A stretch of 64,000 bases of DNA from the NCBI RefSeq assembly GCF_030684315.1, contig NC_081369.1, positions 2,284,689-2,348,688 of the forward strand. The letters are read 5' to 3'. The translations under genes and the position numbers were made by a program. This document shows, one piece after another, positions 38,610 through 52,679 of the stretch. The first letter of the stretch is position 1; the number at the start of each line of letters is the position of its first letter. The notes under the pieces were generated by a model that ran no database searches, was not told the DNA's origin, and saw nothing but the letters and a program-made list of their open reading frames with translations. The stretch is from Stegostoma tigrinum. Taxonomy: Eukaryota.

Positions 38610-39490
38610 ATAGAATCACAAAAAGAAGGAACGGTATTAGCCCATCTGGCAATAGAACCTGCAGACCTTGCAATATGATCACAGTTGATCATCCAAATCA
38701 GTGCCCTATTCCTGCCTTCTCTCCATACTCTTTCATTCCTATAAACAGATAAACTATATTTAACTCCTTCTTGAAAAGATTGAATTGATTGCTTTGAACT
38801 CTTTTCTGAGGCTGAGAATTCCACATGCTCACTACTCTCTGGGTGACAAAATTTCTCTGCAATTCAGGCCTTAACAACCTACTCCATGTCATAACTCTGC
38901 GACCCTTGGTTCTGGAGTCTTGGTCATTGGGAGCATCCTTCCTGCACTTACCCTATCCAGTCCTTATAGCATTTTGGTTTCTATGAGATCACCCTTCATT
39001 CTTCTAAACTTCAGTCAATGTAATCCAACTAATCCAGCCTCCCTTGATACATCAGTCCTATTTTAACAGGAATGAATCTGGTAAACCTTCGCTGCACTTT
39101 CTCAGAATAGGAGACCAAAACTGCACACAATCCCCGAGGGAGTAGTTTCATATAGGACATGTAAAGTGAAGCAAGATCTCTGCAACTGCGCTCTAAACTT
39201 CTCAATATGAAGGCCAACATACCATTTGCCTTCTTCACCACCTGACGAGTGTACAAGAATACAGAGATCTTGTTGCATTTCCCCTTTTCTAACTCTATGG
39301 CCATTCAGATAATAATCCACCTTCCTGTTTTTGCGGCCAAATTGGATAACCTCACAATTTTCCTTGTTACATTTCATCCTCAATGTCTTTGCCCACTCGC
39401 ACAACTTGAGCAAATCATTCCAAAGCATCTATGAATCTTGATCACAATTTACTCTGAGATCCAACTTTGTGCCATCTACAAATTTGGAAA
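38610..39490 (-). mobile_element. CR1 3' fragment
   Basis: ENCEVIQFGRKN, KKANGMLAFI and NFVTQRVVSMWNS. Confidence 0.85.
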
Positions 39491-39713
39491 ATTTATGTTG
39501 TGGTCCCAATTTTCTATCCATGTCAGTACGTTACATCCAATCCCACCCATAATAATTTTACAGGCTAATCCCTTATGTATGCTGCTGGTATAGAGCAAGA
39601 TAGGTGGATCACTACTGATGAGCATGACAAATAGCCTGGCTCTGTGTGTGCTCTAACCAAGGTATACAATGCCATGGGCCGACAGGTGGAAAATGGTATT
39701 AGAGTAATTAGGT

Positions 39714-40095
39714 CAGAGATAATGGGAACTGCAGATGCTGGAGAATCCAAGATAACAAAGTGTGTAGCTGGATGAACACAGCAGGCCAAGCAGCATCTCA
39801 GGAGCACAAAAGCTGACGTTTTGGGCCTAGACCCTTCATCAGCGAGAGGGACGGGGAGAGGGTTCTGAAATAAATAGGGAGAAGAGGGGAAGGCGGACCG
39901 AAGATGGATGGAGATTCCCTGAGGTTGGTCCGGAGGGAGGAGGGTAACTTCTTCAAGTTAGGCATCCCTGGAAGAGGATTCACAGTGAGGTTAAAATTGT
40001 GATCTGTGGGAACTGCAGATGCCAAGATAAGAAACGTCAGATTTTGTGCTCCTGAGATGCTGCTTGGCCTGTTCATCCAGCTACAGACTTTGTTA
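39714..40095. mobile_element. Rearranged Penelope pLTR element with 17-bp TSD
   Basis: pLTR sequence bounded by tattagagtaat(t/g)aggt at 39697-39713 and 40096-40112. Confidence 0.85.
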
Positions 40096-41283
40096 TATTA
40101 GAGTAATGAGGTGCTTGTTTTTAACCAGCACCAACTTGATGGGTCAAAGGGCATTTTATCTGTACTGTCGACCTCTATGACTATGACGAGATCATAAGGC
40201 AGTACAGCAGTACTGTAAGCCTTTAAGATCTGGCTCATGCACCAACATGCTGAAAGGCAAGGCACAGAAAGGCATTTAATGACATGGAAGGGCAAAGATG
40301 CTGAGCTACCAGTCAGTGCAGTCATTCCCAGAAAACGTGGATTGCAATGTGAGGAAAGGCTAAACAAACTAGGCCTATATCTTCTGGAGTTTAGAAGAGT
40401 CAGAGATGGCTGAATTGATTCGACTGGGTGGATATCAAAAGAATATTTTACTTTGTGGAAGAATCTAAAACGAGGGGTCAATCTTTAAAAATAAGGGATC
40501 ATGAATTTAAGGCAGAGCTGAGGAAACATTTCTTTTTCCTTTTTAGAGGGTTGTGAGTAATTCGAATTCCATTCTTCCCTTGGGCAATGCCGGCAGAATC
40601 GTTCAACATTTCTAAGGTAGAGGTAGGTAGATTCTTGATTACTAAGAGAAAGCTTATCATGCATATGCAGGAATGCAGAGATAGGTTGATAGGTAGATAT
40701 GTAGATAGGATAGAACGAAAGAAATGTTGACTTATATTTGTAAAAATACAGTAAAATATGCATGTCACCATAATCCAGCGCTGTTTAATTGCATTAATTA
40801 TCTATAAAAAGAAGAGACAAAGTTAAGACATATTATTTCTTGTTCATTCCATGGCCTGTTGATTTCTAGAACAGGCCATTGCCGAAGACAAGGGCCTGGC
40901 ACACTGCCAAGAACCTGGTCATGTTCAACTATTGAGGGTTGGAGGGCTCTCGAAGCATCCAAGAACCAAAACTCAGATCAGCCATAATGTTGTGAAGCAG
41001 GCTTGAAGGCCTGAGTGGCCTACTCTTATTCCTTGTTTGTATGTTTTTATATGGAATCGTATCAAAACTTTCTGAAAAACACAAGCTAACCACATCTAAT
41101 GGGTCCCCTTTATTAACTCTGCTAGTTACATCCTCGATTTGCAGAACCTGATCTCCCTTTCATAAAACTTTGCTGACTCTGTCTGAGATAATGGGAACTG
41201 CAGATGCTGGAGAATCCAAGACAACAAAATGTGAGTCTGGATGAACACAGCAGGCCAAGCAGCACCTCAGGAGCACAAAAGCT

Positions 41284-41311
41284 GACGTTTCGGGCCTAGA
41301 CCCTTCATCAG
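41284..41311 (-). ncRNA. Minimal hammerhead ribozyme core in the inverted pLTR
   Basis: Minus strand reads CUGAUGA-AGGGUCUAGGCCC-GAAA-C-GUC. Confidence 0.7.
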
Positions 41312-42946
41312 AGAGGGGGATGAGGTGAGGGTTCTGGAATAAATAGGGAGAGAGGGGGAGGCGGACCGAAGATGGAGAGAAAAGACGATAGGTGGAGAGA
41401 GTATAGGTGGGGAGGTAGGGAGGGGATAGGTCAGTCCAGGGAAGACGGACAGGTCAAGGAGGTGGGATGAGGTTAGTAGGTAGGAGATGGGGCTGCGGCT
41501 TGGGGTGGGAGGAAGGGATGGGTGAGAGGAAGAACAGGTTAGGGAGGCGGAGACAGGTTGGACTGGTTTTGGGATGCAGTGGGTGGAGTGGAGGAGCTGG
41601 GCTGGTTGTGTGGTGGTTCATCCACTTCACCAACACCTTCCACCCCAACCTTCAGTTCACCTGGGCCATCTCCAGCACATCCCTCACCTTCCTGGACCTC
41701 TCAGCCTCCATCTCAGGCAGCCAGCTTGTAACTGATGTCCATTTCAAGCCCACCGACTCCCACAGCTACCTAGAATACACCTCCTCCCACCCACCCTCCT
41801 GCAAAAATTCCATCCCCTATTCCCAATTCCTCCGCCTCCGCCACATCTGCTCCCACGACAAGACATTCCACTCCTGCACATCCCAGATGTCCAAATTCTT
41901 CAAGGACCGCAACTTTCCCCCCACAGTGATCGAGAACGCCCTCGACCGTGTCTCCCATATTTCCCGCAACACGTCTCTCACACCCCGACCCCGCCACAAC
42001 CGCCCAAAGAGGATCCCCCTCATTCTCACACACCACCCCACCAACCTCCGGATACAACGCATCATCCTCCGACACTTCCGCCATCTACAATCCGACCCCA
42101 CCACCCAAGACATTTTTCCATCCCCACCCCTGTCTGCTTTCCGGAGAGACCACTCTCTCCGTGACTCCCTTGTTCGCTCCACACTGCCCTCCAACCCCAC
42201 CACACCCGGCACCTTCCCCTGCAACCGCAGGAAATGCTACACTTGCCCCCACACCTCCTCCCTCACCCCTATCCCAGGCCCCAAGATGACATTCCACATT
42301 AAGCAGAGGTTCACCTGCACATCTGCCAATGTGGTATACTGCATCCACTGTACCCGGTGTGGCTTCCTCTACATTGGGGAAACCAAGCGGAGGCTTGGAG
42401 ACGCTTTGCAGAACACCTCCGCTCAGTTCGCAACAAACTACTCCACCTCCCAGTTGCAAACCATTTCCACTCCCCCTCCCATTCTTTAGATGACATGTCC
42501 ATCATGGGCCTCCTGCAGTGCCACAATGATGCCACCCGAAGGTTGCAGGAACAGCAACTCATATTCTGCCTGGGAACCCTGCAGCCTAATGGTATCAATG
42601 TGGACTTCACCAGTTTCAAAATCTCCCCTTCCCCAACTGCACCACACAACCAGCCCAGCTCCTCCACTCCACCCACTGCATCCCAAAACCAGTCCAACCT
42701 GTCTCCGCCTCCCTAACCTGTTCTTCCTCTCACCCATCCCTTCCTCCCACCCCAAGCCGCAGCCCCATCTCCTACCTACTAACCTCATCCCACCTCCTTG
42801 ACCTGTCCGTCTTCCCTGGAATGACCTATCCCCTCCCTACCTCCCCACCTATACTCTCCTCTCCACCTATCTTCTTTTCTCTCCATCTTCGGTCCGCCTC
42901 CCCCTCTCTCCCTATTTATTCCAGAACCCTCACCCCATCCCCCTCT

Positions 42947-42974
42947 CTGATGAAGGGTCTACGCCCGAAACGTC
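42947..42974 (+). ncRNA. Minimal hammerhead ribozyme core in the 3' pLTR
   Basis: CUGAUGA-AGGGUCUACGCCC-GAAA-C-GUC. Confidence 0.7.
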
Positions 42975-43404
42975 AGCTTTTGTGCTCCTGAGATGCTGCT
43001 TGGCCTGCTGTGTTCATCCAGCCTCACATTTTGTTGACTCTGTCTGACTCTTTCACTGTTTTCCAAGTGCTGCAACTGCATAATGGACTCTGGCATTTTT
43101 AATGATAAAAGGCTAACTGGTATATAATTTCACAGTTTATAATTTTCTATAATTTTGCTTCTTAAAACTGACATTTTCTCAGCTGCCATCAATTCTCAGG
43201 AAGTGTCACTGTACCGAAATGTTAACTCTGATTTGCCCTCACAGATGCTACCAGGCCTGCTGAGCTTTTTGAGCAATCTGTTTTTTTTTGTTGCTGTTGT
43301 CATATAATTTCCCCGGTTTCTCTTTACACCCTGTCTTTTTTAATTGTGAATTACATTGCTGTTCGTCAATCCCTGGAAAATTTTCCTGGATACCTAGTCT
43401 TGAA

Positions 43405-44543
43405 GAAATGCGGAGGAATGGAATTTGTACAAAATGCGGAGGAATGAAATTGTGGGAGATATAGGAGTTTGGATCGGAAATTGGCTTGCTGAAAGAAGAC
43501 AGAGGGTGGTCGTTGATGAGAAATGTTCATCCTGGAGAGCAGTTACTAGTGGTGTACCGCAAGGGCCAGTGTTGGGTCCACTGCTGTTTGTCGTTTTTAT
43601 AAATGACCTGGATGAGGGCGTAGAAGGACAGGTTAGTAAATTTGCAGACGACACTAAGGTTGGTGGAGTTGTGGATAGTGACGAAGGATGCTATAGGTTG
43701 CAGAGAGACATAGATAAGCTGCAGAGGTGGGCTGAGAGGTGGCAAATGGAGTTTAATGCAGACAAGTGTGAGGTGATGCACTTTGGTAGAAGTAACCAGA
43801 AGGCATATACAGGGCTAATGGTAAGATTCTTAGTAGTGTAGATGAGCAGCGAGATCTCGGTGTACGTGTACACAGATCCTTGAAAGTTGCCACCCAGGTT
43901 GACAGGGCTGTTAAGAAGGCATACAGTGTTTTAGCTTTTATTAAAAGAGGGATCGAGTTCTGGAACCGAGAGGTTATGGTGAAGCTGTACAAAACTCTGG
44001 TGCGGCCGCACTTGGAGTATTGTGCAAAGTTCTGGTCACCGCATTATAAGAAGGATGTGGAAGCTTTGGAAAAGGTGCAGAGGAGATTTACTAGGATGTT
44101 GTCTTGTATGGAGGGAAGGTCTTACTTGGAAAGGCAGAGGGACTTGAGGCTGTTTTCCTTAGAGAGAAGAACGTTGAGAGGTGACTTAATTGAAACATAT
44201 AAAATAATCAGAGGGTTAGATATGGTGGATAGGGAGAGCCTTTTTCCTAGGATGGTGACGGCGAGCACGAGGGGGCATAGCTTTAAATTGAGGGGTGAAA
44301 GATATAGGACAGATGTCAGAGGTAGTTTCTTCACTCAGAGTGTATGAAGGGAATGGAACGCTTTGCCTGCAACGGTAGTAGATTCGCCAACTTTAGGTAC
44401 ATTTAAGTCGCCACTGGATAAACATATGGACGTACATGGAATAGTGTAGGTTAGATGGGCTTGAGATCGGTATGACAGGTCGGCACAACATCGAGGGCCG
44501 AAGGGCCTGTACTGTGCTGTAATGTTCTATGTTCTATGTTCTA
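43405..44543 (+). mobile_element. Fairly young 5'-truncated CR1
   Basis: SGVPQGPVLGP, KFADDTKV, RPHLEYCAKFWSP and a (gttctat)n tail. Confidence 0.95.
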
Positions 44544-44544
44544 T

Positions 44545-45315
44545 CAATGTATCCACTAATTTTAGGGCCACTTCCTTAAATACTCTGTGATGTAGATTAT
44601 TAGGCCTTGGGGACTTATCATGCTTTAATCTCACAAAACTCCCCAGAACAAGTTCCCTACCGATATTGATTTCTTTCAGTCTCTCCCTCTCACTAGATCT
44701 GTTTTCCCCAACATTTTTGGGATGTGATTTGTGTCCTGCTTTGTGAAGACCAAATTACACAAAATATTGTTGGCATGATCTCATCAAGATCCCATATAAC
44801 TGCAGCAAGGCATCCCTACTCTTGAGCTCAAATTGTCTTCCAATGAAAGCCAGTCTTACCTTTTCCTTCATAATTGTTTGCTGCATCTGCTTCTATTGAC
44901 TGGTTTGCAAGGGCACCCAGACTACTTTTGTTCATATAATATACCTAATATATCACCATTTAAAATAAATTACTTCCTCCCTGTTTTTCCAAATGAATTA
45001 TGCAACTTCACATTTAGCCAAATTGTACTGCATCTGACCTGTGCTTGCCCACACATTCAAATTGTCTAAATTGCTTTGCAATCTCTATGCACCATTCTTA
45101 CAACTCACAACCCCATGCAGTTTTTTTTTGTCATCAGCAAACTTGTTGCATTTGGTTCACTTGTTCAAGTTATTTATATATATCACAAACAGCAGGGGGA
45201 AAGCATTGATTATTCTCTTGCCCCACTAGTCACTGCCTACCACACAGGAAAATATACATTCATTCCCAGTCTTCGTTTAGTGTATTGCAACTAATTTTTG
45301 ATCCATGCCAATATA
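44545..45315 (-). mobile_element. Old CR1 fragments (host of the younger insertions at 41187-44543)
   Basis: Reverse-complement KSPRP/GP and KFADD remnants. Continues at about 43050-43400 and 41090-41186. Confidence 0.6.
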
Positions 45316-45904
45316 TTTAAGATGAAGCACAAATAAAGTAAAATCCATAATAGATTGCCGACTAAAAGTAGCGGAATAAGTTTTTCAATTACAATCTGAA
45401 ATTTTATGGCCAAGTAATTGGCACACCCTACAGACGCATGCAGATACTCTGAATAGTCCTAGTTCATTGTGGACAGATTAGATGATGTCAGGAGTTAAAT
45501 CAGGCACAACTGAAAATGTGCCACTGAAATGGAGAAGTTCTAACACAAACTTGCATGCATCAATTGTCATAGAGAGTACCAGACTTTCACCCAATGAAGG
45601 GATTAAATCATAATCTTCAGTGCAGCATCAGGCAAGAGTTAGTGATGGAGAATGTTTGAAGTGAAATAGGAGACTCGTCAAAATTTCTATTATGAAAGCT
45701 AGTGGAGTTCTCCAAATGGCCCTAAATAAGCATTGGGTACAACTGTCAGTTCAAAAGAAGAGTTATATTGGACTTGAAGTGTTTTTGCTGGTTCTTACTT
45801 TACAGATGCTGACAAACCTGTTCAGTTCCTTAAGAATTTTGGAAGTGTGGATGACTGAGGAAGCTTACAACATTATGCTTAATCAAATGATCATATAAGT
45901 GCAG

Positions 45905-46450
45905 TGATAGCAAAAGATAAGTTGTTCTATGACCAAAGGATTGAGCTAAGAACACGGATACCAGTCTTCAGCTAGTTTGATTGACTTCAGGTGATATCAA
46001 ATAATGACTGAAGACACTGGCTACTGCAAAGTTTTTGCTACCTCACAATATTTTGGAAATTGGTCTGAAGACTTACGCTACACTCTTAGCCAAGTTGTCC
46101 CAGGACAACCATAACATTGACAATATGGAATACTGCCTTGGTATATACTGTACACAAAAAGCAGGAGAAATCTATCTTGGTCAATAACTGCTGTATTAAG
46201 CCATTCTCTATCATCAGTATCGTGATAGAAGGGGTTATCAACAGTGCAATAAAACTGTACCTGCTTAGCAATCATATTCTGTGTTGGTGGGGCAAAAATT
46301 GGAATTCACACCATTACAGTATTGTGGCTATATCTACACCACATGGGCTGCAGCAGTGCAAGTCTGCTCATGCCAACCTCTCAATGGAAATCAGGGGCGA
46401 GTAATAAATGCTGGTTCAGCTAGCAAAACATAGCTCTCCTGAATTACACA
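45905..46450 (+). mobile_element. Degraded L2-like LINE
   Basis: L2-type 3' tail (gggcaaaaattggaattc...aataaatgctgg) and RT remnants. Confidence 0.55.
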
Positions 46451-47239
46451 AAATAAAATCAATATTCCTTGTTTACGTTCAAGATTTTAAAAGGGACAAC
46501 AGATAAGGAAAGGAACATTCTTACCACAGAAGGGTAAGACACCTATGATTTATCATGAAAGAGTACAACAATCTCTGTGTTTAAATTTAGTATCATTACT
46601 GCACAGCCCGAGAATCAATAACTTCTGGAATAATCATCCCATATACACTTTACTTATCATTAACTGGGAAATGAATTAAAGTGATAAGTACAAGCCATGA
46701 GCATGGAACTCTGCTATTATTAAATCACTTTGTGACTCCAAAAAGATGCAATACATATAAACATAAAGTACTTTACCTTTATTCGAACTCTTCTCCAAAT
46801 TCTTGAGATCATCGTCCCTATGCAACAACAAACAGCCTGTATGATTAGAACTACATATATTCACAAAGAACATCCTCTTCCTCCATCATTGTTGCTGCAA
46901 TGCACACCAGAGACACTGGATAATTGTTCTTTCAGAGCATTTTCCAAACCTGCAACCTCTATCAGCAAGGAAAGAATGTATTGAAGGTGTAATTCAGAAT
47001 TAAAAGCAGCAAAGCCCCCTACAGTAAATTGTCCTTCGTAATCTTTCTGTGGTTCTGCCAACATCAGATCAACTGCAAAATTTAACAAGATGACTCACTG
47101 CCACAAAGGAAACACCACACTGATGGGAGACCTCTTGTCAGCAGTCAGACATGGGGAAGAAAAAAAAATCAGGAGATAAGAAAGGCGTGAAAAGGCATGA
47201 AGGGTCCTGTTACATAATTAGAGGGACTTCAGCATATCA

Positions 47240-50200
47240 TGGACTGGCAACATCAAATTGGTAGCAGATCCCAAGGAAATGAATTTGTGGAATATCTAGC
47301 AGATGTTTTTGGGAGCATCCTATGATAAAGCCTAATAGTGAACAAGCAATTCTAGATTTGGTGATGTGTAATGTGGCAGGCTTAATTAGGGAGTTGAAGG
47401 TGAAAGAACCCTTCATGGGGAGAAACCAAAACATGGTTCATGTGTGGAATGAAGTGCCAGGGAAAGTTGCGGATGCAGGTACAGTCACAACATTGTAAAA
47501 ACATTTGGACAAGGTCATGAAAAGCAAAGGTTTGGGGTAATATGGACCAAGTGCATGCAGGTGGGACTAGAATTTACATTGCAGCATGAGAGGGGGAAGC
47601 TGGAATTGAGTAAAAGTAACTACAAAGACATGAGGAGGAGATGGCCAGAGTTGATTGGAAGGGGAGCCTACCAGAGAGGATGGCAGAGCAGCAATGGCAG
47701 GAGATTCTGGAGGTAATTTGGGAGGCACAGCAGAAATTCATCCCAAGGAAGAAGGAGCATACTAAAAGGAGAACGAAGCAACCAAATCTAACAAGAGAAA
47801 TCAGGGACTACATAAAAACAAAAAGAATAATCATACACTGTAGTAAAGAGTATTGGGAAAGCAGAGCATTGGAAGCCTTTATAAACTAGCAGAGAATAAA
47901 TAAGATAGCAATAAGGTGGGAGAAGATGAAATATTACAATAAGCTAGCTAGTAATATAAAAGAAGATTGCAAGAGGTTTATATAGATATGTAAAAAGTTA
48001 GAGAGAGACAAGAGTGGACATTGGACTGCTGAAAAATGAAGCTCGAAAAGCTGGAACTGCTAAGGTACTTTGCATCAGTCTTCAAGGTGGAACACACCAG
48101 CAGCACGCCAGAACTTCAAGAGCGTAGGGGCACAGGTGCGTGCAATGGTTATTATTCAGGAGAAGGTACTGGAGATGTTGAAAGATCTCAAGATGGACAA
48201 ATCACCCAAACTAGATTGACTACACCCCAGAGTTCTGAAGGAGATAGCACAGGAGATTTTGGAGGCATTACTGGTGATCTTTCAGAAATAACAGGAGCCA
48301 GGGGGAGTCTCGGAGGACTGGAAAATGACTAATGTAACAACCCTATTTAAGAAGACAGAGGGGCAGAAGACAGGAAACTATACACCAGTTAGCCTGAACT
48401 CAGGCTTTTATAAGATTTTAGAATCCACTCTTAAGGGTGAGATTGGGGAGTCGATTCATGGACTCATTCAGTACGGAAACAGATCCTTTGGCTCAACAAG
48501 TCCACGCCAACTATGTTCCCAAACTAGTCCCACCTGCCTGCACTTGCCCATATGACTCAAAACCTTTGCTATTCATGAACTTATCCAAATGTTTTTACAA
48601 TGTCATGTTTCACCTGCATTCACAACTTTCTCTGGCATTTCATTCCACACATGAACCACTCTCTGTGTTCAAAATTTGTCCCTCATGCCCTTTTTAAAGC
48701 TTTCTTCTCTCACCTTAAAACTATGCCCCCAAGTTTTGTATTACCCAACCCTAGGAAAAGACATTTGCCATTCACCTTATCTATGCCCCTCATAATTATA
48801 CAAAATGCAATAAGGTCACACCTCAACCTCCTACACTCTAGTGAAAAAAGTCCAAGCCCTTCCAGTCTACTTTTATATTTCAAACCCTCCATTCCCAGCA
48901 ACATCGTGATCAGTTTTTTTTTTCCGAATCCACTCCACTTTAATAATATCCTTCCTTTAGCAGTCCAACTAGAACTGGAGTCTCCAAAAGAGGCCTCACC
49001 AACGTACTATGCAACATCAACATGATGTCTCAACCACAACACTCAAAGGTCTGAGCAATGATAGCAAGGCTGTTAAATGCCTTCTTAACCACCCTGTCTA
49101 CTTGTGATACAAATTTAAAAGAATTATGTATGTGAACCCCTTGGTCTTTCTGTACTACAACACTACCCAGAGCCCTACAATTAATTGCAAATGTCTTGTC
49201 CTTGTTGTAATATCAAAATACAATACCTCACTATTATCCAAATTAGATTTGTCCTACAACTCCACAGCCCATTAACCCAATTGAACAAGAGTTCTTTGTA
49301 ATCTTAGAGTGCTTGGTAATGTAAAATAGGCCTGATCAGCACAGGGGAGGTCATGTCTGATAAATCTGTTAGAATTTTTTCATCAGTTAATGAGAAAGTT
49401 AGACAAAAAAGATGTGGTTTTCTTGGATTTCAGGAAGACCTTTATCACAGAAGGCTGCTAAATACAATAAGAGCCCATGGGCTTAGGAGCAAGACACTGA
49501 TGTGGATGAAGGATTGGCTGACTGGCAGGAGGCAGAGAGAGAAAGGCTAAAATGATCTTTTTGCAAGAGAATGCCCAGTGACTGGTTTAGTTCCATTAAA
49601 GCCAGCATTCGGACCACAACCATTCATGTCCTACAATAATAACCTGGATGAAGGAACTGAGGTCATTGCTGCTAAGTTTGCAGAAAGGTAGTGTTCAGGA
49701 AATGGGAAGGCTGCAGAAGGACTTGGGCAGGCCATGAGAGCAGGCAAAGGAATGGCATTTGGAATACAATGTGGGAAACTGTGAGATTATGTGTTTTGTT
49801 AGGAAGAATAGATTTAAGGACTATTTTCTAAATGGGGAAAGTTTTCAGAATTATGTAGCATAAAGGGATTTAGGAGCCCTCATTCAGGATTCTTTTAAGA
49901 GTCATATGCAGGTTCAGCTGGCAGTTAGGAAGGCAAATGCAATGTTAGCATTCATTTCAAGAGGGTTAGAAAGGTCTGACGAAGGGCCTGGGCCCAAAAT
50001 GCCAGCCTTGCTGCTCCTGTGATGCTGCTTGACCTGCTGTGTTCATCCAGCTCTACACCTTGTTATTGCTACAATACATGTGGGGCGATGTACTGCTGAG
50101 GCTGTGTGCAGTGTTTGGAATATTCGGTGAGCAGCTTTGGGTCCTGTGTCTAAGGACAGATTTGTTCTGGAGGAGGTTTATAAAAATGTTCCTGGAGATG

Positions 50201-50660
50201 AAGGGACTGCCATATGAGAAGTTGAGGATTCTGGATCTATACTCAGTGAAGTTTAGAAGGTGTGTGTGTGTGTGTGGGGGGGGGGGTGGTGGGGGGGTTG
50301 ATCTTAATAGAACTTACAGAATATTGAGGGGCTTGAATAGCATGGACATAGTGAAGAGGGTTCCAGTAGTAGAAGAGACATGCACCAGCCCACAGAACTG
50401 CATAGTGAAAGAATGACCCTTTAGAACTGAGATTAGAAGGGGTTTCTTCAGTCAGGGTTGTTAATCTGTGGAACACATTGCTTCAAAAGGCTGTAGAGGC
50501 CATGCCATTGAGTGCATTTATTACAGAGATAGTTTATTGCTTAATAGGGTGATCAAGAAACATGGGAAGAAAACAGGAGTTTGGGTTTGAGAAATAGATC
50601 AGCCATTATTGCATTGCAGAGCAGACTTGTTGGGCCGAATGACTGAATTCTGGCGCTGTA
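47240..50660 (+). mobile_element. Old long CR1 with a nested antisense CR1 (about 48455-49305) and a pLTR (about 49974-50066)
   Basis: EN/linker/RT remnants (ANVT-like TNVTTLFKK..GNYTPVSL; WMKDWLTGRRQR). Minus-strand LGLFSLECRRLRCDL at 48710-48904. Confidence 0.85.
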
Positions 50661-51717
50661 TTTTATGGCCTTCTGGTCTTTTACGGCTGAATCAGAATTC
50701 AGTTGGCACATTTTCCACATTCCGCCGTTATATCAAGCGCAAAGCAAATGCTGTCGTATCGGCATTAACGGGATTCATTGTTGGACTATAGTCCAAGCAG
50801 TCCATGCCAAACATAATTCCAAACTTAACGAGCCCCACTTGCCTGCTTTGGTCCATATCTCCCCTTTCTTATACATGTACTTATCTTGATCTTGTTTGAA
50901 TGTCGTAACTGTACCGGCATCCACCAGTTTCTCTGGAAGTTCATTCTACACAAAGAACCATTCTCTGTTTAAAAAAAACTCTAAAAAATGCTTATTGTTG
51001 AAATTCCTTCTTCTTACATTAAATATTTTTCTGGTAATTATATTTATATATTTTCGAAACAATAACTTGTTAGGAGACTTCTTTTGTCATATTTTATTTC
51101 ACGGCAACATACCCCTTAATAATTCCAGCTTTCTCGAATTCAGTCTTGTTTTGTTTTTTGTGTTTTTAAAATTATTAGTTTACCGTCTTTATGTTCACCC
51201 TGTGTTGCCGTTTAATTTAAATTGAGAACTTCTAGCTTTCAGCAGCCCCATTCATTCATTCATTATGCACTGTAGAACAATCTCCGGCCGCTTTATTCGG
51301 ATTTCTCGTTATAAAATTGCTTGCATAAACAACTTATACCGGATATAATGCGGTTTGCAAATTTAGATGTTCAAATTCCCCCTGTTTTGATGCGTCAGCA
51401 TGTTATTTTGTCATTTTGATGCTTCCGATAGCCTATGGCAAGAATATTTTAATTTCCACTTCAGTATGTTGACATTATCTTATTAACCTATTAGCGTAAA
51501 TTTACCAGCAGGAGGCGTCAATCTCTCAGGTACTATGTTTATCGTGACCTTGTTCTGCTTAAACACGTTAGGATGGGACAGTCTCATTCGATGGAAAATC
51601 AGTTGAGAAAATGTGAAAACATCACTTCCATATCTTCTCTCCAGATTTGCCTGCAAATGTTACGCATTTAAGTGCAATATTCATGGAGTGTTTCGTAAAT
51701 GACATTTTGGTATCCTG

Positions 51718-51926
51718 GGATAACCGAGTGTGGAGCTGGAGGAATACGGCAGGCCAGGCAGCATCAGAGGAGCAGGAAAGTTGACGTTTGTGGTCGTGAT
51801 CCTGCTTCAGAAATCGTCCCGACCCAAAACGTCAACTTTCCGGTTCTTCTGATGCTGCCTGGCCTACTGTGTGCATCCAGTACACTCTGTTATCACTGAC
51901 TCCACCATGTGCAGCTCTTGTCATCT
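51718..51926. mobile_element. Fold-back Penelope pLTR element
   Basis: Inverted arms with an imperfect TSD, cattttgg..tcctg, at 51703-51717 and 51927-51941. Confidence 0.8.
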
Positions 51927-52679
51927 CATTTTGGGTTCCTGCCCGCTACTCGGCTTCTGGATTCATATATACTTCGCTGAGGATTCCCAACATTCTGCGG
52001 GGTAAGGCAACCCCCAGGAATCACAATTAACTCTCAATAGTTTGGTTCTCTATTTGATTTGACGCCAGTTGAGCCAGAAATCCCACTGTTTACTGATCGT
52101 GGGATAAATATTATTGGTGACTGCCTATTCACCCTTTTAAATTTAATAGAATAGTGACTTCTTTGCTGCGACTTTGGAAAGTCAGTCTGGAGAGCACCAT
52201 CAGGAGTTCCACGAGATTTATAGCCTGTACTTTTGTTAAAGGTTATAAATGTTCACTTAACACGTGAGCAGTTGCAGATATCGCATGGGCCATTGTTGTG
52301 ACAAAATATAGAGGAATTTTCCAAAGAACAGGAATCGGACATGATGGGTTTCAGTGGTCATCCATTATAAACTTCGCTATTTTAATCTGAAATGTGGTTA
52401 AAATCTAATAAAAGTCTTGGGTGCAATTTAATTCGGAATGTAAGCCGCTTTCAAAGCAAGCCTTGATTTCCGTTTTAAACAAGTCGCCGAATTACTTCGG
52501 TTTTGTGCTTCTGGGTGGTAAACATCGCAGCAGCGCTGCGGTTTATAAGATTTCGAGAAATCATACTTTCCTATGTTGGTAATAGCGCAGGGTGTCACAC
52601 GTTAAACTTTTGTGGCGAGGGAACGGGAGATCGCATAAACCGCATTCAAATTCTCAGCTGAATATCTATCATTGAGCAC

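Larger units (their letters stand above)
41187..43036 (+). mobile_element. Young Penelope-like retroelement: inverted 5' pLTR, truncated RT-thumb/GIY-YIG ORF, 3' pLTR
   Basis: TFLDL, HFKPTDSHSYL, NVVYCIHCTRCGFLYIGETKRRL, then a 1-nt frameshift near 42403 into RFAEHLRSV..PVANHF..LGTLQPNGINVDF. Arms 41220-41615 and 42640-43036 are inverted. 13-bp direct repeat tgactctgtctga at 41174-41186 and 43035-43047. Confidence 0.95.

Noticed and set aside
41467-42489. 340-aa ORF as a host gene
   Set aside because: It is a fusion of antisense pLTR sequence and the Penelope RT/GIY-YIG frame.
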